A DNA stretch of 37,287 nucleotides, taken from Clostridia bacterium (GTDB lineage Bacteria > Bacillota > Clostridia > Oscillospirales > CAG-272). The stretch is taken from the NCBI GenBank assembly GCA_017411785.1, contig JAFQPL010000018.1, positions 1-37,287 on the forward strand, written 5' to 3'. Positions 1 to 8,621 of the stretch are shown here, piece after piece (the stretch's first letter is position 1; each line of letters starts with the position of its first letter). The notes under the pieces are model-generated. The model made no database searches. It worked only from the letters and a program-made list of their open reading frames with translations, and had not been told where the DNA came from. The translations under genes and the position numbers were made by a program.

Positions 1-49
1 AAGGTGAGGATTTTGTCGTCAAAAAAGCAAAGAAGGAGTACGGCGGAAA

Positions 50-352
50 ATGAAGAAAAATGAATATTTTTCTAAAAAGAAAAGTAAGGTCTATATAGCC
101 GTAAGTGCCTTTTTGATATTTTTTTTGATTTTTTCCTTGGTTTATTTTTTGTGGAGCCTCATGAGATATAATGAGGCTATGGAAAAAAAGGAGGAAAAGG
201 AAGCCTACGTTGCCGAACTCAAAAACGAGATACAAAGATTGGAGTATATGCTTGACGCCCCGCTCGATGATGAGTTTAAAATAAGAATTGCGAGGGAAAA
301 GCTGGGGATGTGCTTTCCTGACGAAATAATTTTTTACAGCAACTATGATTGA
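50..352 (+). CDS. Septum formation initiator family protein (FtsB/DivIC-like)
   Basis: 100-aa ORF with an AAGGAG SD at 33-38. It has one N-terminal TM helix (VYIAVSAFLIFFLIFSLVYFLW), then a coiled coil (EEKEAYVAELKNEIQRLE) and the C-terminal IRIAREKLGM..P.E motif typical of DivIC/FtsB proteins. Confidence 0.7.
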   Translation: MKKNEYFSKKKSKVYIAVSAFLIFFLIFSLVYFLWSLMRYNEAMEKKEEKEAYVAELKNEIQRLEYMLDAPLDDEFKIRIAREKLGMCFPDEIIFYSNYD

Positions 353-385
353 TGACAGAGAATAACGTCAGATGGAGGTGAGATA

Positions 386-2206
386 ATGTGCGACCGTGAA
401 TCGCAGATCCCACAGGATGTTTTGGATGGCACCTGTTATTCCTTGCAGGAATATTTTGGTGTTCATAAGATAGAGGATTTGTATGTTTTTCGTGTATGGG
501 CGCCGAGGGCTGTTAAGGTCATGCTTACGGGAGATTTTAACGGTTGGCAGGATGATACTCCGTTACAAAAAATACATGAAAAAGGAATATGGGAAATATT
601 TGTTTCCTGTGGCAGAATAACAGAGGGAAGCAGATATAAATACAGGATCTACGGATGCGGTCAGGTGCATTATAAGGCTGATCCGTACGCTATCGAGCAA
701 GCGCCCGAACCCGACAATTCTTCTATAGTTCGGCTTCAAAAAGAATATTTTTGGAAGGATAGCGGTTGGCTTTCCTACAGAAAATCGTTTCATAAAAATC
801 CGATAGCACACCCGATAAATATATATGAGGTCCATTTGGGATCTTGGAAAAAGAATGAAAGCTATTTGCGACTTAATTATAGAGATTATGCGAGAGAATT
901 GGCTCCGTATTTAAAGCAAATGGGCTATACGCATGTTGGACTTTTACCTATTGCGGAATATTCCGACAACGCGTCTCTCGGATATTCGCCGAATGCTTTT
1001 TTTGCTCCTACCTCAAGATATGGAAGGGCTGAAGACTTTAAAGCGTTTGTGGACAAGATGCACGAGGCGGGCATAGGCGTTCTTATAAATTTACCGATAG
1101 CGCGATTCCCTAAGGAAAGATTCAGTCTCGTTGAATTTGACGGCGCGCCGCTTTATGAGCGGCCTTGTGATGCGGATAATACCGAAACCCGTCAATTTGA
1201 TATTTCAAAGAAAGAGGTCAGAGGATTTCTTATATCAAACATACTTTACTGGGCGTTGGAATATCACGTGGACGCGATATGCTTGTCGGGTATCAATGAT
1301 CTGCTGGATAGCAAAGCGGATAACTGTACCGATGCTTTTAACAGCCAAGAGGCTTATTTCTTGCGTCAGATGACGCGAGCACTCAAAAAAACAGCTCCTG
1401 ACGTTTTGATCGTCGCGGATTCTTATAATACGGTGAAGGCGGATATTGATTTCGTTATATGTGACGAGTGCGGGGAAGCTATTTTTGATTATGCAAAGAT
1501 TGACTTTGAAAACAGAGGAAAATACAGTCTTGCGTTTACAGAAGCGCTTAATCGCGGCGGAAATCAGATAGCTGCCGTAGCGCACCCCGCTTGCGATCGA
1601 GATGGTCGTACGTTGATAGATGCAAGCTCAGGCGACTATTGGCAAAAGTTTGCGGGAGCGAGAGCTATTCTCGGACTTATGATGACTTTACGTGGAAAAA
1701 AGCTTCTTTTCATGGGAAACGAGATAGCACCGTTCAAAAAATGGAGCTTTGAACGTGAAACAGAGTGGTATTTGCTGGATTATGAGAGTCACGAAAAGTT
1801 TCAAAGATATGTCGCTGAGCTTAATAATTTCTATTTGTCACACACGTCACTTTGGCAAAAGGACGCGACAGATGAAAGTATATATTTTACTGATAAAGCA
1901 AGCTTTAAGCAGAATATTGCGATTTTCAGACGAAGCTCAAAAAGCGAGGATCTTGTGATCGTGGTTAATCTTACACCTACGGCGTATGAACATTTCAGAA
2001 TCGGAGCACACGGTGACGGAAGCTTTAGCGAGGTGTTCAATTCCGACGATTCGAGATTCTACGGCAGCGGAGTTGTTAATCAAGGTATGATTTTCACCGA
2101 GGAAAAGCCATATCACGGATACAGGCATTCATTTACTATGAGAGTTCCACCTATGGCGATATCAATTCTTGAATTTAAGCAAAAGAAGAAAAAGCAAAGC
2201 AAATAA
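386..2206 (+). CDS. glgB: 1,4-alpha-glucan branching enzyme homologue (GH13_9 fold) with substituted catalytic residues
   Basis: 606 aa with a GGAGGTG SD 5 nt upstream. Family signatures are present: VFRVWAP..V.L.GDFNGW, YEVHLGSW, FAPTSRYG, GDYWQKFA and KLLFMGNE. It is the first gene of a glgBCDAP-type operon. The four catalytic regions are degenerate (see finding). Confidence 0.85.
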   Translation: MCDRESQIPQDVLDGTCYSLQEYFGVHKIEDLYVFRVWAPRAVKVMLTGDFNGWQDDTPLQKIHEKGIWEIFVSCGRITEGSRYKYRIYGCGQVHYKADPYAIEQAPEPDNSSIVRLQKEYFWKDSGWLSYRKSFHKNPIAHPINIYEVHLGSWKKNESYLRLNYRDYARELAPYLKQMGYTHVGLLPIAEYSDNASLGYSPNAFFAPTSRYGRAEDFKAFVDKMHEAGIGVLINLPIARFPKERFSLVEFDGAPLYERPCDADNTETRQFDISKKEVRGFLISNILYWALEYHVDAICLSGINDLLDSKADNCTDAFNSQEAYFLRQMTRALKKTAPDVLIVADSYNTVKADIDFVICDECGEAIFDYAKIDFENRGKYSLAFTEALNRGGNQIAAVAHPACDRDGRTLIDASSGDYWQKFAGARAILGLMMTLRGKKLLFMGNEIAPFKKWSFERETEWYLLDYESHEKFQRYVAELNNFYLSHTSLWQKDATDESIYFTDKASFKQNIAIFRRSSKSEDLVIVVNLTPTAYEHFRIGAHGDGSFSEVFNSDDSRFYGSGVVNQGMIFTEEKPYHGYRHSFTMRVPPMAISILEFKQKKKKQSK

Positions 2207-2285
2207 ACGGGTTAAGCACTGAATATTTTTAAAATCATTATAAAATAATCGCGGACAAGCCATTCGCGTTTTAATGGAGGATGCT

Positions 2286-3488
2286 ATGTTTAAGAAAAAA
2301 GAATGTGTTGCAATGTTACTTGCGGGAGGACAGGGAAGCCGACTTTACGCGCTTACCGAAAAAACTGCGAAGCCTGCGGTTTCTTTTGGCGGAAAATACA
2401 GAATAATTGATTTTCCTTTGTCTAACTGCATAAATTCAGGCGTTGATACCGTTGGAGTTCTGACTCAGTATCAACCGCTCGTTCTTAATGACTATATCGG
2501 GAACGGACTTCCTTGGGATCTTGACAGAGCGCAGGGAGGAGTAAAGATTTTGCCGCCGTATCAAGGTAAAAACGGGGCGGACTGGTATAAGGGTACGGCT
2601 AACGCTATATACCAGAACTTACAGTTTATTTATAACTATGATCCCGACTATGTGCTCATCCTTTCGGGTGATCATATTTACAAAATGGATTACGATAAAA
2701 TGCTTAAAGCGCACAAGGATAAGGGCGCGGACTGTACTATTGCGGTTATTGACGTACCGATAGAGGAGGCAAGTCGCTTTGGCATAATGAGCGTTGACTC
2801 CGAGGACAGAATATTCAAGTTTGCCGAGAAGCCTAAAAACCCTGATAGCACAAAGGCATCTATGGGAATATACATATTCTCGAAGGAGTGCCTTGCTAAG
2901 TATTTGATACAGGATGCGGAGGACGAGAATAGCTCTAACGATTTCGGAAAGAACATTATTCCCGCCATGCTTGCAAACGGCGAAGGTCTTTACGCTTATT
3001 CCTTTAGCGGATACTGGAAGGACGTGGGAACGATCGATTCGCTCTGGGAGGCAAATATGGATCTTCTTGGCGCGCATCCGACGCTTAATCTTGCTGATGA
3101 GTCCTGGAGAATTTATTCAAGACACACAGCAAACGCTCCGCAGTACGTTGGTGAAAATGCGGTCATTGATAACAGCAGCATAACCGAGGGATGTGAAATA
3201 TACGGAACGGTACGTAATTCTGTACTTGGAACGGGAGTAAAGGTCCTTGCGGGAGCGGTCGTTGAGGATTCGGTTATATTCGATAACGTAATAATCGGTG
3301 AAAACGCGAAAGTTTCTTATTCGATAATAGATTCCGATGTAACAGTAGGCGCAAGCGCGACGGTCGGAAAATCACGGACTGATGCGAAGGGAATAACCGT
3401 TATAGGAACAGGTATAGATGTTCCTGTTGGGACTGAGCTTGCTGATGCAAAAATGATATATAACGCAAAAGATTTAAAGGAGGCATAA
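2286..3488 (+). CDS. glgC: Glucose-1-phosphate adenylyltransferase, catalytic subunit
   Basis: Motifs [32 protein letters not shown] and a C-terminal left-handed beta-helix repeat region. The track ORF starts at 2274, but GGAGG (2276-2280) sits 5 nt before the in-frame ATG at 2286, giving [15 protein letters not shown], a typical GlgC N-terminus. Confidence 0.92.
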   Translation: MFKKKECVAMLLAGGQGSRLYALTEKTAKPAVSFGGKYRIIDFPLSNCINSGVDTVGVLTQYQPLVLNDYIGNGLPWDLDRAQGGVKILPPYQGKNGADWYKGTANAIYQNLQFIYNYDPDYVLILSGDHIYKMDYDKMLKAHKDKGADCTIAVIDVPIEEASRFGIMSVDSEDRIFKFAEKPKNPDSTKASMGIYIFSKECLAKYLIQDAEDENSSNDFGKNIIPAMLANGEGLYAYSFSGYWKDVGTIDSLWEANMDLLGAHPTLNLADESWRIYSRHTANAPQYVGENAVIDNSSITEGCEIYGTVRNSVLGTGVKVLAGAVVEDSVIFDNVIIGENAKVSYSIIDSDVTVGASATVGKSRTDAKGITVIGTGIDVPVGTELADAKMIYNAKDLKEA

Positions 3489-3492
3489 GACA

Positions 3493-4626
3493 ATGGCAGT
3501 AGCAGGATTGATATTTTCTAATATTCACAATTCTTCGGTACCGGAGCTTACCAGTGTACGTACTATTGCGTCAATTCCTTTTGGATGCCGTTATAGACTT
3601 ATAGATTTTCCGCTTTCGGCTATGGTAAATTCGGGAGTAACTAAAATAGGTGTTATAGCACATAATAATTATCAGTCGCTTATGGATCATATAGGTACGG
3701 GAAAGGACTGGGATCTTGCGCGCCGTTCGGGCGGTATAAGGATTTTGCCCCCATACATTACCGCATATAACAGCGCAAACGGCGGAAAGCTTTATACAAC
3801 CAGACTTGAGGCACTGATGGGCGTAACGAATTTTATTGCGAGATGTACGGAGGATCACGTGGTGCTTTCTGACTGCGACAGTGTTTGCTCGGTCAATCTT
3901 AGGGACGTTATATCCGCGCATGAAAAGAGCGGGGCAGATGTAACGGTTATTACGAGAACCGTACGCAAGGATGACGTTTTACCATCGGAGGATGCGACGG
4001 TTGTAGAGTGCGACGTTAACGGTAGGGTCATCAAATTTGCAGGCTGCACTAATAATTTTGATGAGGCTGAAATAAGCACCAATATTGTAGTGGCAAAGAG
4101 AACCTTCTTGCTTGATATAATAAACGATGCGGCTTCGCACGGATACACAAAATTTTATCTTGAGGCGCTTGCAAACCGTTTAGAGCATGCAAGAATAAAT
4201 GCTTATCATTTCGACGGAGTATTTTTACAGATAGGCTCCCTTGTAAGCTATTATAAAGCGTCGATGCAGCTTCTTACCTCGGACGTAAGAAACGAGCTTT
4301 TCAATGCCCCCGAGAAAATGGTATATACAAAGCTTCGTAACTCCTCGCCTACCGTTTATCAGAGTGGGTCAACGGTTAAGAATTCTTTGGTGGCTGACGG
4401 ATGCTGTATAGAGGGCACAGTTGAGAATTCAATAATTTTCAGAGGTGTTCATGTAAGCCGAGGAGCAGTAGTTAAGAACTCTATATTGCTTCAGGATACT
4501 TATGTCGGCACAGATACTGCGCTTAATTGCGTTATAACGGATAAAAACGTAGTTATACGTGACGGACGTAATCTTTCGGGTCACGAAAGTGTACCGTTCT
4601 TCCTTTCAAAGGGAAGCATGATATAA
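3493..4626 (+). CDS. glgD: Glucose-1-phosphate adenylyltransferase, regulatory GlgD subunit
   Basis: A GlgC paralogue lacking the GGxGxRL loop. It has the motifs RTIASIPFGCRYRLIDFPLSAMVNSG and DHIGTGKDWDL, and lies 4 nt after glgC as in Firmicute glgCD pairs. Confidence 0.85.
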   Translation: MAVAGLIFSNIHNSSVPELTSVRTIASIPFGCRYRLIDFPLSAMVNSGVTKIGVIAHNNYQSLMDHIGTGKDWDLARRSGGIRILPPYITAYNSANGGKLYTTRLEALMGVTNFIARCTEDHVVLSDCDSVCSVNLRDVISAHEKSGADVTVITRTVRKDDVLPSEDATVVECDVNGRVIKFAGCTNNFDEAEISTNIVVAKRTFLLDIINDAASHGYTKFYLEALANRLEHARINAYHFDGVFLQIGSLVSYYKASMQLLTSDVRNELFNAPEKMVYTKLRNSSPTVYQSGSTVKNSLVADGCCIEGTVENSIIFRGVHVSRGAVVKNSILLQDTYVGTDTALNCVITDKNVVIRDGRNLSGHESVPFFLSKGSMI

Positions 4627-4638
4627 AGGAGAACAAAA

Positions 4639-6093
4639 ATGAAAAAGATTTTATTTGTAGGCGCGGAGGTAATGCCTTTTGCGGCAACGGGTGGTCTTGG
4701 CGATGTTCTCGGCTCTTTGCCTTCGGCAATAACAGAGGCATCGGGCGGTAAGGTTGATGTAAGAGTGGTGATGCCGCTTTACGGCTCAGTATCGTCCTAT
4801 TGGCGTGAGCAGATGAGTAAGGTCTACGAGGGTGAGATATCGCTTTCGTGGCGGCGCATATATTGCGGAATATACAGTCTTATTAAGGATGGAGTTACTT
4901 ATTATTTTGTAGATAATGAGTATTATTTCAACAGAGGCGCGTTATACGGATATCATGATGAGGCAGAGCGCTTTGCTTACTTTTCAAAGGTAGCGGCGGC
5001 GCTTCCCGAGCTTGTCGGATTTTACCCAGATATAGTTCACGCGCACGATTGGTCAAGCGCTCTCACGCTCATCTATATCAATCAAAAATATAGGCATAAA
5101 GAGGGCTATTACGGAATGAAGCTCGTTTATACGATACACAATATTGAGTATCAGGGTCAGTATGATTTCGCGATACTCGGTGACGTATTTGAGCTTGATT
5201 GGAGAGCAAGAAATACAGTTGAGTACGACGGCTGCATAAATCTTATGAAGGGCGCTATAGCCTCTGCGGATGTTGTTACAACGGTAAGCCCCAGATATGC
5301 GGATGAGATATGCTCGGCGGAATATGCGCACGGGCTTGACAGGATATTGCGTGACTCACGCTCAAAGCTATTGGGTATTCTTAACGGAATCGATTATAAT
5401 TATTACGCGCCTGAAAAGGACAACGCGATAGCAGTTAATTACACAGCGGACGAGCTTGATAAAAAGTATGAAAACAAGCTTGCTCTTCAAAGAGAGCTTG
5501 GCTTGCCTGAACGCACTGATGTTCCGATGATAGCTATAATTTCCCGTCTTGCGTCCCATAAAGGCTTTGATATTATAAGCCAGATGATATATAACGTAGT
5601 GGGCAAGAGAGACGTTCAGCTTGTTTTGCTTGGTAAAGGTGAGGCGCACTACGAGGGATTTTTCAAGGGGCTTGAGGGCGCATATCCCGATAAGGTGAGA
5701 GCGCTTATAACATATGACAGAGACCTCTCAAAGCGAATCTATGCGGCAAGCGATATATTCCTTATGCCGTCAAAGAGCGAGCCTTGCGGTCTTTCTCAAA
5801 TGATAGCGTCAAGATACGGCTCGATCCCCGTTGTTCGTGAAACGGGCGGACTTTATGATTCGATAAAGCCATATTGGATAAATGACGGCGAGCTTTGCGG
5901 AAACGGATTTACCTTTGCTAATTACAGTCCGTATGAGTTAGAGGAAAGAACTTACGCCGCTATAGACCTTTGGAACGATTGGCAGCTTCGCGAGAGATTT
6001 GTAAAGAAGATAATGAATATCGATTTTTCGTGGAAGAATTCGGCGGAGAAGTATCTTGAAATGTATGCTCCGCTTTGGAAAAAAAGAAAGTAA
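4639..6093 (+). CDS. glgA: Glycogen (starch) synthase, ADP-glucose type (GT5)
   Basis: AGGAGA SD. Motifs are N-terminal PFAATGGLGDV (a KTGGL-type loop), HAHDW, PSKSEPCGLSQM and RETGGLYDS. Length is 484 aa. Confidence 0.92.
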   Translation: MKKILFVGAEVMPFAATGGLGDVLGSLPSAITEASGGKVDVRVVMPLYGSVSSYWREQMSKVYEGEISLSWRRIYCGIYSLIKDGVTYYFVDNEYYFNRGALYGYHDEAERFAYFSKVAAALPELVGFYPDIVHAHDWSSALTLIYINQKYRHKEGYYGMKLVYTIHNIEYQGQYDFAILGDVFELDWRARNTVEYDGCINLMKGAIASADVVTTVSPRYADEICSAEYAHGLDRILRDSRSKLLGILNGIDYNYYAPEKDNAIAVNYTADELDKKYENKLALQRELGLPERTDVPMIAIISRLASHKGFDIISQMIYNVVGKRDVQLVLLGKGEAHYEGFFKGLEGAYPDKVRALITYDRDLSKRIYAASDIFLMPSKSEPCGLSQMIASRYGSIPVVRETGGLYDSIKPYWINDGELCGNGFTFANYSPYELEERTYAAIDLWNDWQLRERFVKKIMNIDFSWKNSAEKYLEMYAPLWKKRK

Positions 6094-6158
6094 TATTTGA
6101 GCTTGTGAATTTTAAATAAACGGTAACAAGCTTTAATTCAGAAAGGATAAAAACACCA

Positions 6159-8588
6159 ATGGAAAAGCAAAACCTTACAAAAGCGCAGGTAAAAGAAAAT
6201 ATTGAAACAAAGCTTTCAAGATATTTTGGCTGCAGTCCCGACGAGGCATCAAAGGATCAGATGTATAAAGCAGTATCGATGACTATACGCGATATGCTCT
6301 CGTCAAAAAGAAATGATTTTAAGCACGCGGTAAACGCAGTTGGTTCAAAGAGGGTTTACTATATGTGCATGGAGTTCTTACTCGGACGCTCTCTTAAAAC
6401 AAATCTTTGCAATCTTGGACTTGACAAAACATACGCAGATGCATTAAAGGAGTATGGAATTGCTCTTGACGAGCTTTACACCTGTGAGCCCGATGCGGGA
6501 CTCGGAAACGGCGGTCTCGGAAGACTTGCTGCTTGCTTTATGGACTCTCTCGCGTCGCTTGATTATCCTGCAACGGGATTTTCTATTTGCTATGAGTATG
6601 GATTCTTTAAGCAGATGATAGTTGACGGTATGCAGGTTGAGCTTCCTGACGTATGGCTCCCGGGCGGAGAGGTATGGCTCGTTCCGAGAACCGACCGTGT
6701 ATATCAGGTTAAAATGGGCGGACGTGTTCGCGAGGAGTGGCGTGACGGTCATATGGAGGTAATCTATGACAATGCCGAGTGCATAGAGGCAGTTCCTTAC
6801 GATATGATGATATCGGGAGGCGATAGCTCGGCGGTAAGCCAGCTTCGTCTTTGGAAGGCAAGAGATATAAGGAACTTTAACATGAGTCTCTTTACTCAGG
6901 GACAGTATGCGAGAGCGGTTGAGGAAAGTACAAACGCAGAAACTATTTCCAAGGTGCTTTACCCATCCGATAACCATATCGAAGGAAAGCTTTTGCGTCT
7001 TTCTCAGCAGTATTTCATGGTATCGGCATCCTGCCAGAGCATAATTCGCGATCACATGGCAGTTTACGGCAGAATTGATAACCTTGCGGATAAGGTAGCT
7101 ATTCATATAAACGATACGCATCCCGCTCTTTGTATTCCCGAGCTTATGAGAATACTTGTTGACGAGTATTTTATGGATTGGGACGATGCTTGGAAGATGG
7201 TAACCGAGATATGCTCTTATACCAACCACACCGTAATGCCTGAGGCACTTGAAACATGGAATGAGGATCTCTTCCGTTTGAAGCTCCCCCGAATTTACAG
7301 TATTGTGAAGGAAATAAATGAGCGTTTCTGCCGTGAGGCTTGGAATGTATTCCCCGGTAACTGGAATAAGATTTCAAAGATGAGCGTGATCGGTTACGGA
7401 CAGGTTCGTATGGCTAACCTTTGCGTAATAGGCTCGCATTGCATAAACGGTGTATCCAAGCTTCACTCGGATATTCTTGTAAAGTCGATATTCCATGATT
7501 TCTATGCAATGTATCCCGAAAGATTCTGCAACGTAACTAACGGTATCGCTCACCGCCGTTGGCTCTGCTATTCAAACCCTGAGCTTGCAGGACTTCTTGA
7601 CGAAACGATAGGAACGGGATACCGTCACAATCCTATAGAGCTTAACAATTTTGCGAAGTATGCAGATGATGCGGCTGTTCTTGAGCGTGTAAGGGCAATC
7701 AAGCATAACAACAAGATCAACTTTGCAAATATGATCCATAAGAAGACGGGTAAGGTGATCGATACTCATTCAATGTTCGACGTTCAGATAAAGCGTTTGC
7801 ATGAGTATAAGCGTCAGCTCCTAAATGTTCTTAATATTATAGGACTCTACCTTGACATCAAGGATAATCCCAACGCCGACGTTCAGCCTATAACCTTCCT
7901 CTTTGGAGCAAAGGCTGCGTCGGGATATTACCACGCAAAGAGGATCATCAATCTTATCTACTGCTTGGGTAAGGAGATCGAGAACGATCCCATAGCGCGT
8001 CAGAAGCTTGCCGTTGTATTCCTTGAGGATTATAACGTAAGTCTTGCAGAGGCGCTCGTGCCCGCGGCAGAGATAAGCGAGCAGATCTCGATGGCAGGTA
8101 AGGAAGCAAGCGGAACAGGTTGTATGAAGCTTATGATGAACGGCGCTATGACCATTGGTACTCTTGACGGAGCAAACGTAGAGATGCTTGCCGAAGCAGG
8201 TAAGGATAATATGTATATATTCGGTCTTACAAGCGCAGAGGTTGACGATCTTTGGCTGCGCGGATATAATGCTCAGGAGTATTATATTGCAAATCCCAAG
8301 CTTCAGCGTATAGTAAATGCGCTTACCGTAGGCTTTGCGGGTGAGTCCTTTGCGGATATCGCAAATTATCTTACTACAGGCCCCGGTATTGCAGATCCGT
8401 ATCTTTGCCTTGCTGATTTTGAATCTTACCGTACGACTCACGCAAAGGCAGTAAATGATTATGCCGATAAAGCAAAATGGAACAAGATGTCTCTTATGAA
8501 TATTGCGGCATCGGGCTTCTTTGCGGCGGATCGCTCGATCAAGGAGTATGCTGAAAATATCTGGAACATTAAGCCACTTATAAAATAA
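6159..8588 (+). CDS. glgP: Glycogen/maltodextrin phosphorylase (GT35)
   Basis: 809 aa. Motifs are YYMCMEFLLGR, GLGNGGLGRLAACF, HINDTHPAL and the PLP-lysine region EASGTGCMKLMMNGA. Confidence 0.93.
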   Translation: MEKQNLTKAQVKENIETKLSRYFGCSPDEASKDQMYKAVSMTIRDMLSSKRNDFKHAVNAVGSKRVYYMCMEFLLGRSLKTNLCNLGLDKTYADALKEYGIALDELYTCEPDAGLGNGGLGRLAACFMDSLASLDYPATGFSICYEYGFFKQMIVDGMQVELPDVWLPGGEVWLVPRTDRVYQVKMGGRVREEWRDGHMEVIYDNAECIEAVPYDMMISGGDSSAVSQLRLWKARDIRNFNMSLFTQGQYARAVEESTNAETISKVLYPSDNHIEGKLLRLSQQYFMVSASCQSIIRDHMAVYGRIDNLADKVAIHINDTHPALCIPELMRILVDEYFMDWDDAWKMVTEICSYTNHTVMPEALETWNEDLFRLKLPRIYSIVKEINERFCREAWNVFPGNWNKISKMSVIGYGQVRMANLCVIGSHCINGVSKLHSDILVKSIFHDFYAMYPERFCNVTNGIAHRRWLCYSNPELAGLLDETIGTGYRHNPIELNNFAKYADDAAVLERVRAIKHNNKINFANMIHKKTGKVIDTHSMFDVQIKRLHEYKRQLLNVLNIIGLYLDIKDNPNADVQPITFLFGAKAASGYYHAKRIINLIYCLGKEIENDPIARQKLAVVFLEDYNVSLAEALVPAAEISEQISMAGKEASGTGCMKLMMNGAMTIGTLDGANVEMLAEAGKDNMYIFGLTSAEVDDLWLRGYNAQEYYIANPKLQRIVNALTVGFAGESFADIANYLTTGPGIADPYLCLADFESYRTTHAKAVNDYADKAKWNKMSLMNIAASGFFAADRSIKEYAENIWNIKPLIK

Positions 8589-8621
8589 AAATAAATTAGA
8601 ATAAAAGACAGGGAAAACCAA

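Noticed and set aside
1-63. Open frame from the window edge to a TGA at 61-63, a possible 3' end of an upstream gene overlapping the divIC-like start
   Set aside because: Only 20 codons are visible and no motif can be assessed. It may be real (for example a yabQ-like gene) but cannot be supported from this window.
6099-6133. Hairpin after glgA (GAGCTTGT ... ACAAGCTT) as a terminator splitting glgA from glgP
   Set aside because: It has only an 8-bp stem including a G-U pair, a 19-nt loop and no following U-tract. That is too weak to call, so glgP is probably co-transcribed.
6444-8621. Long antisense ORFs inside glgP (6444-7229, 261 aa; 7821-8621, 266 aa)
   Set aside because: They lie entirely opposite a strongly supported, motif-rich glgP frame. 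They have low-complexity, Arg/Cys/Ile-rich composition, no SD and no recognisable motifs. They are typical shadow ORFs.
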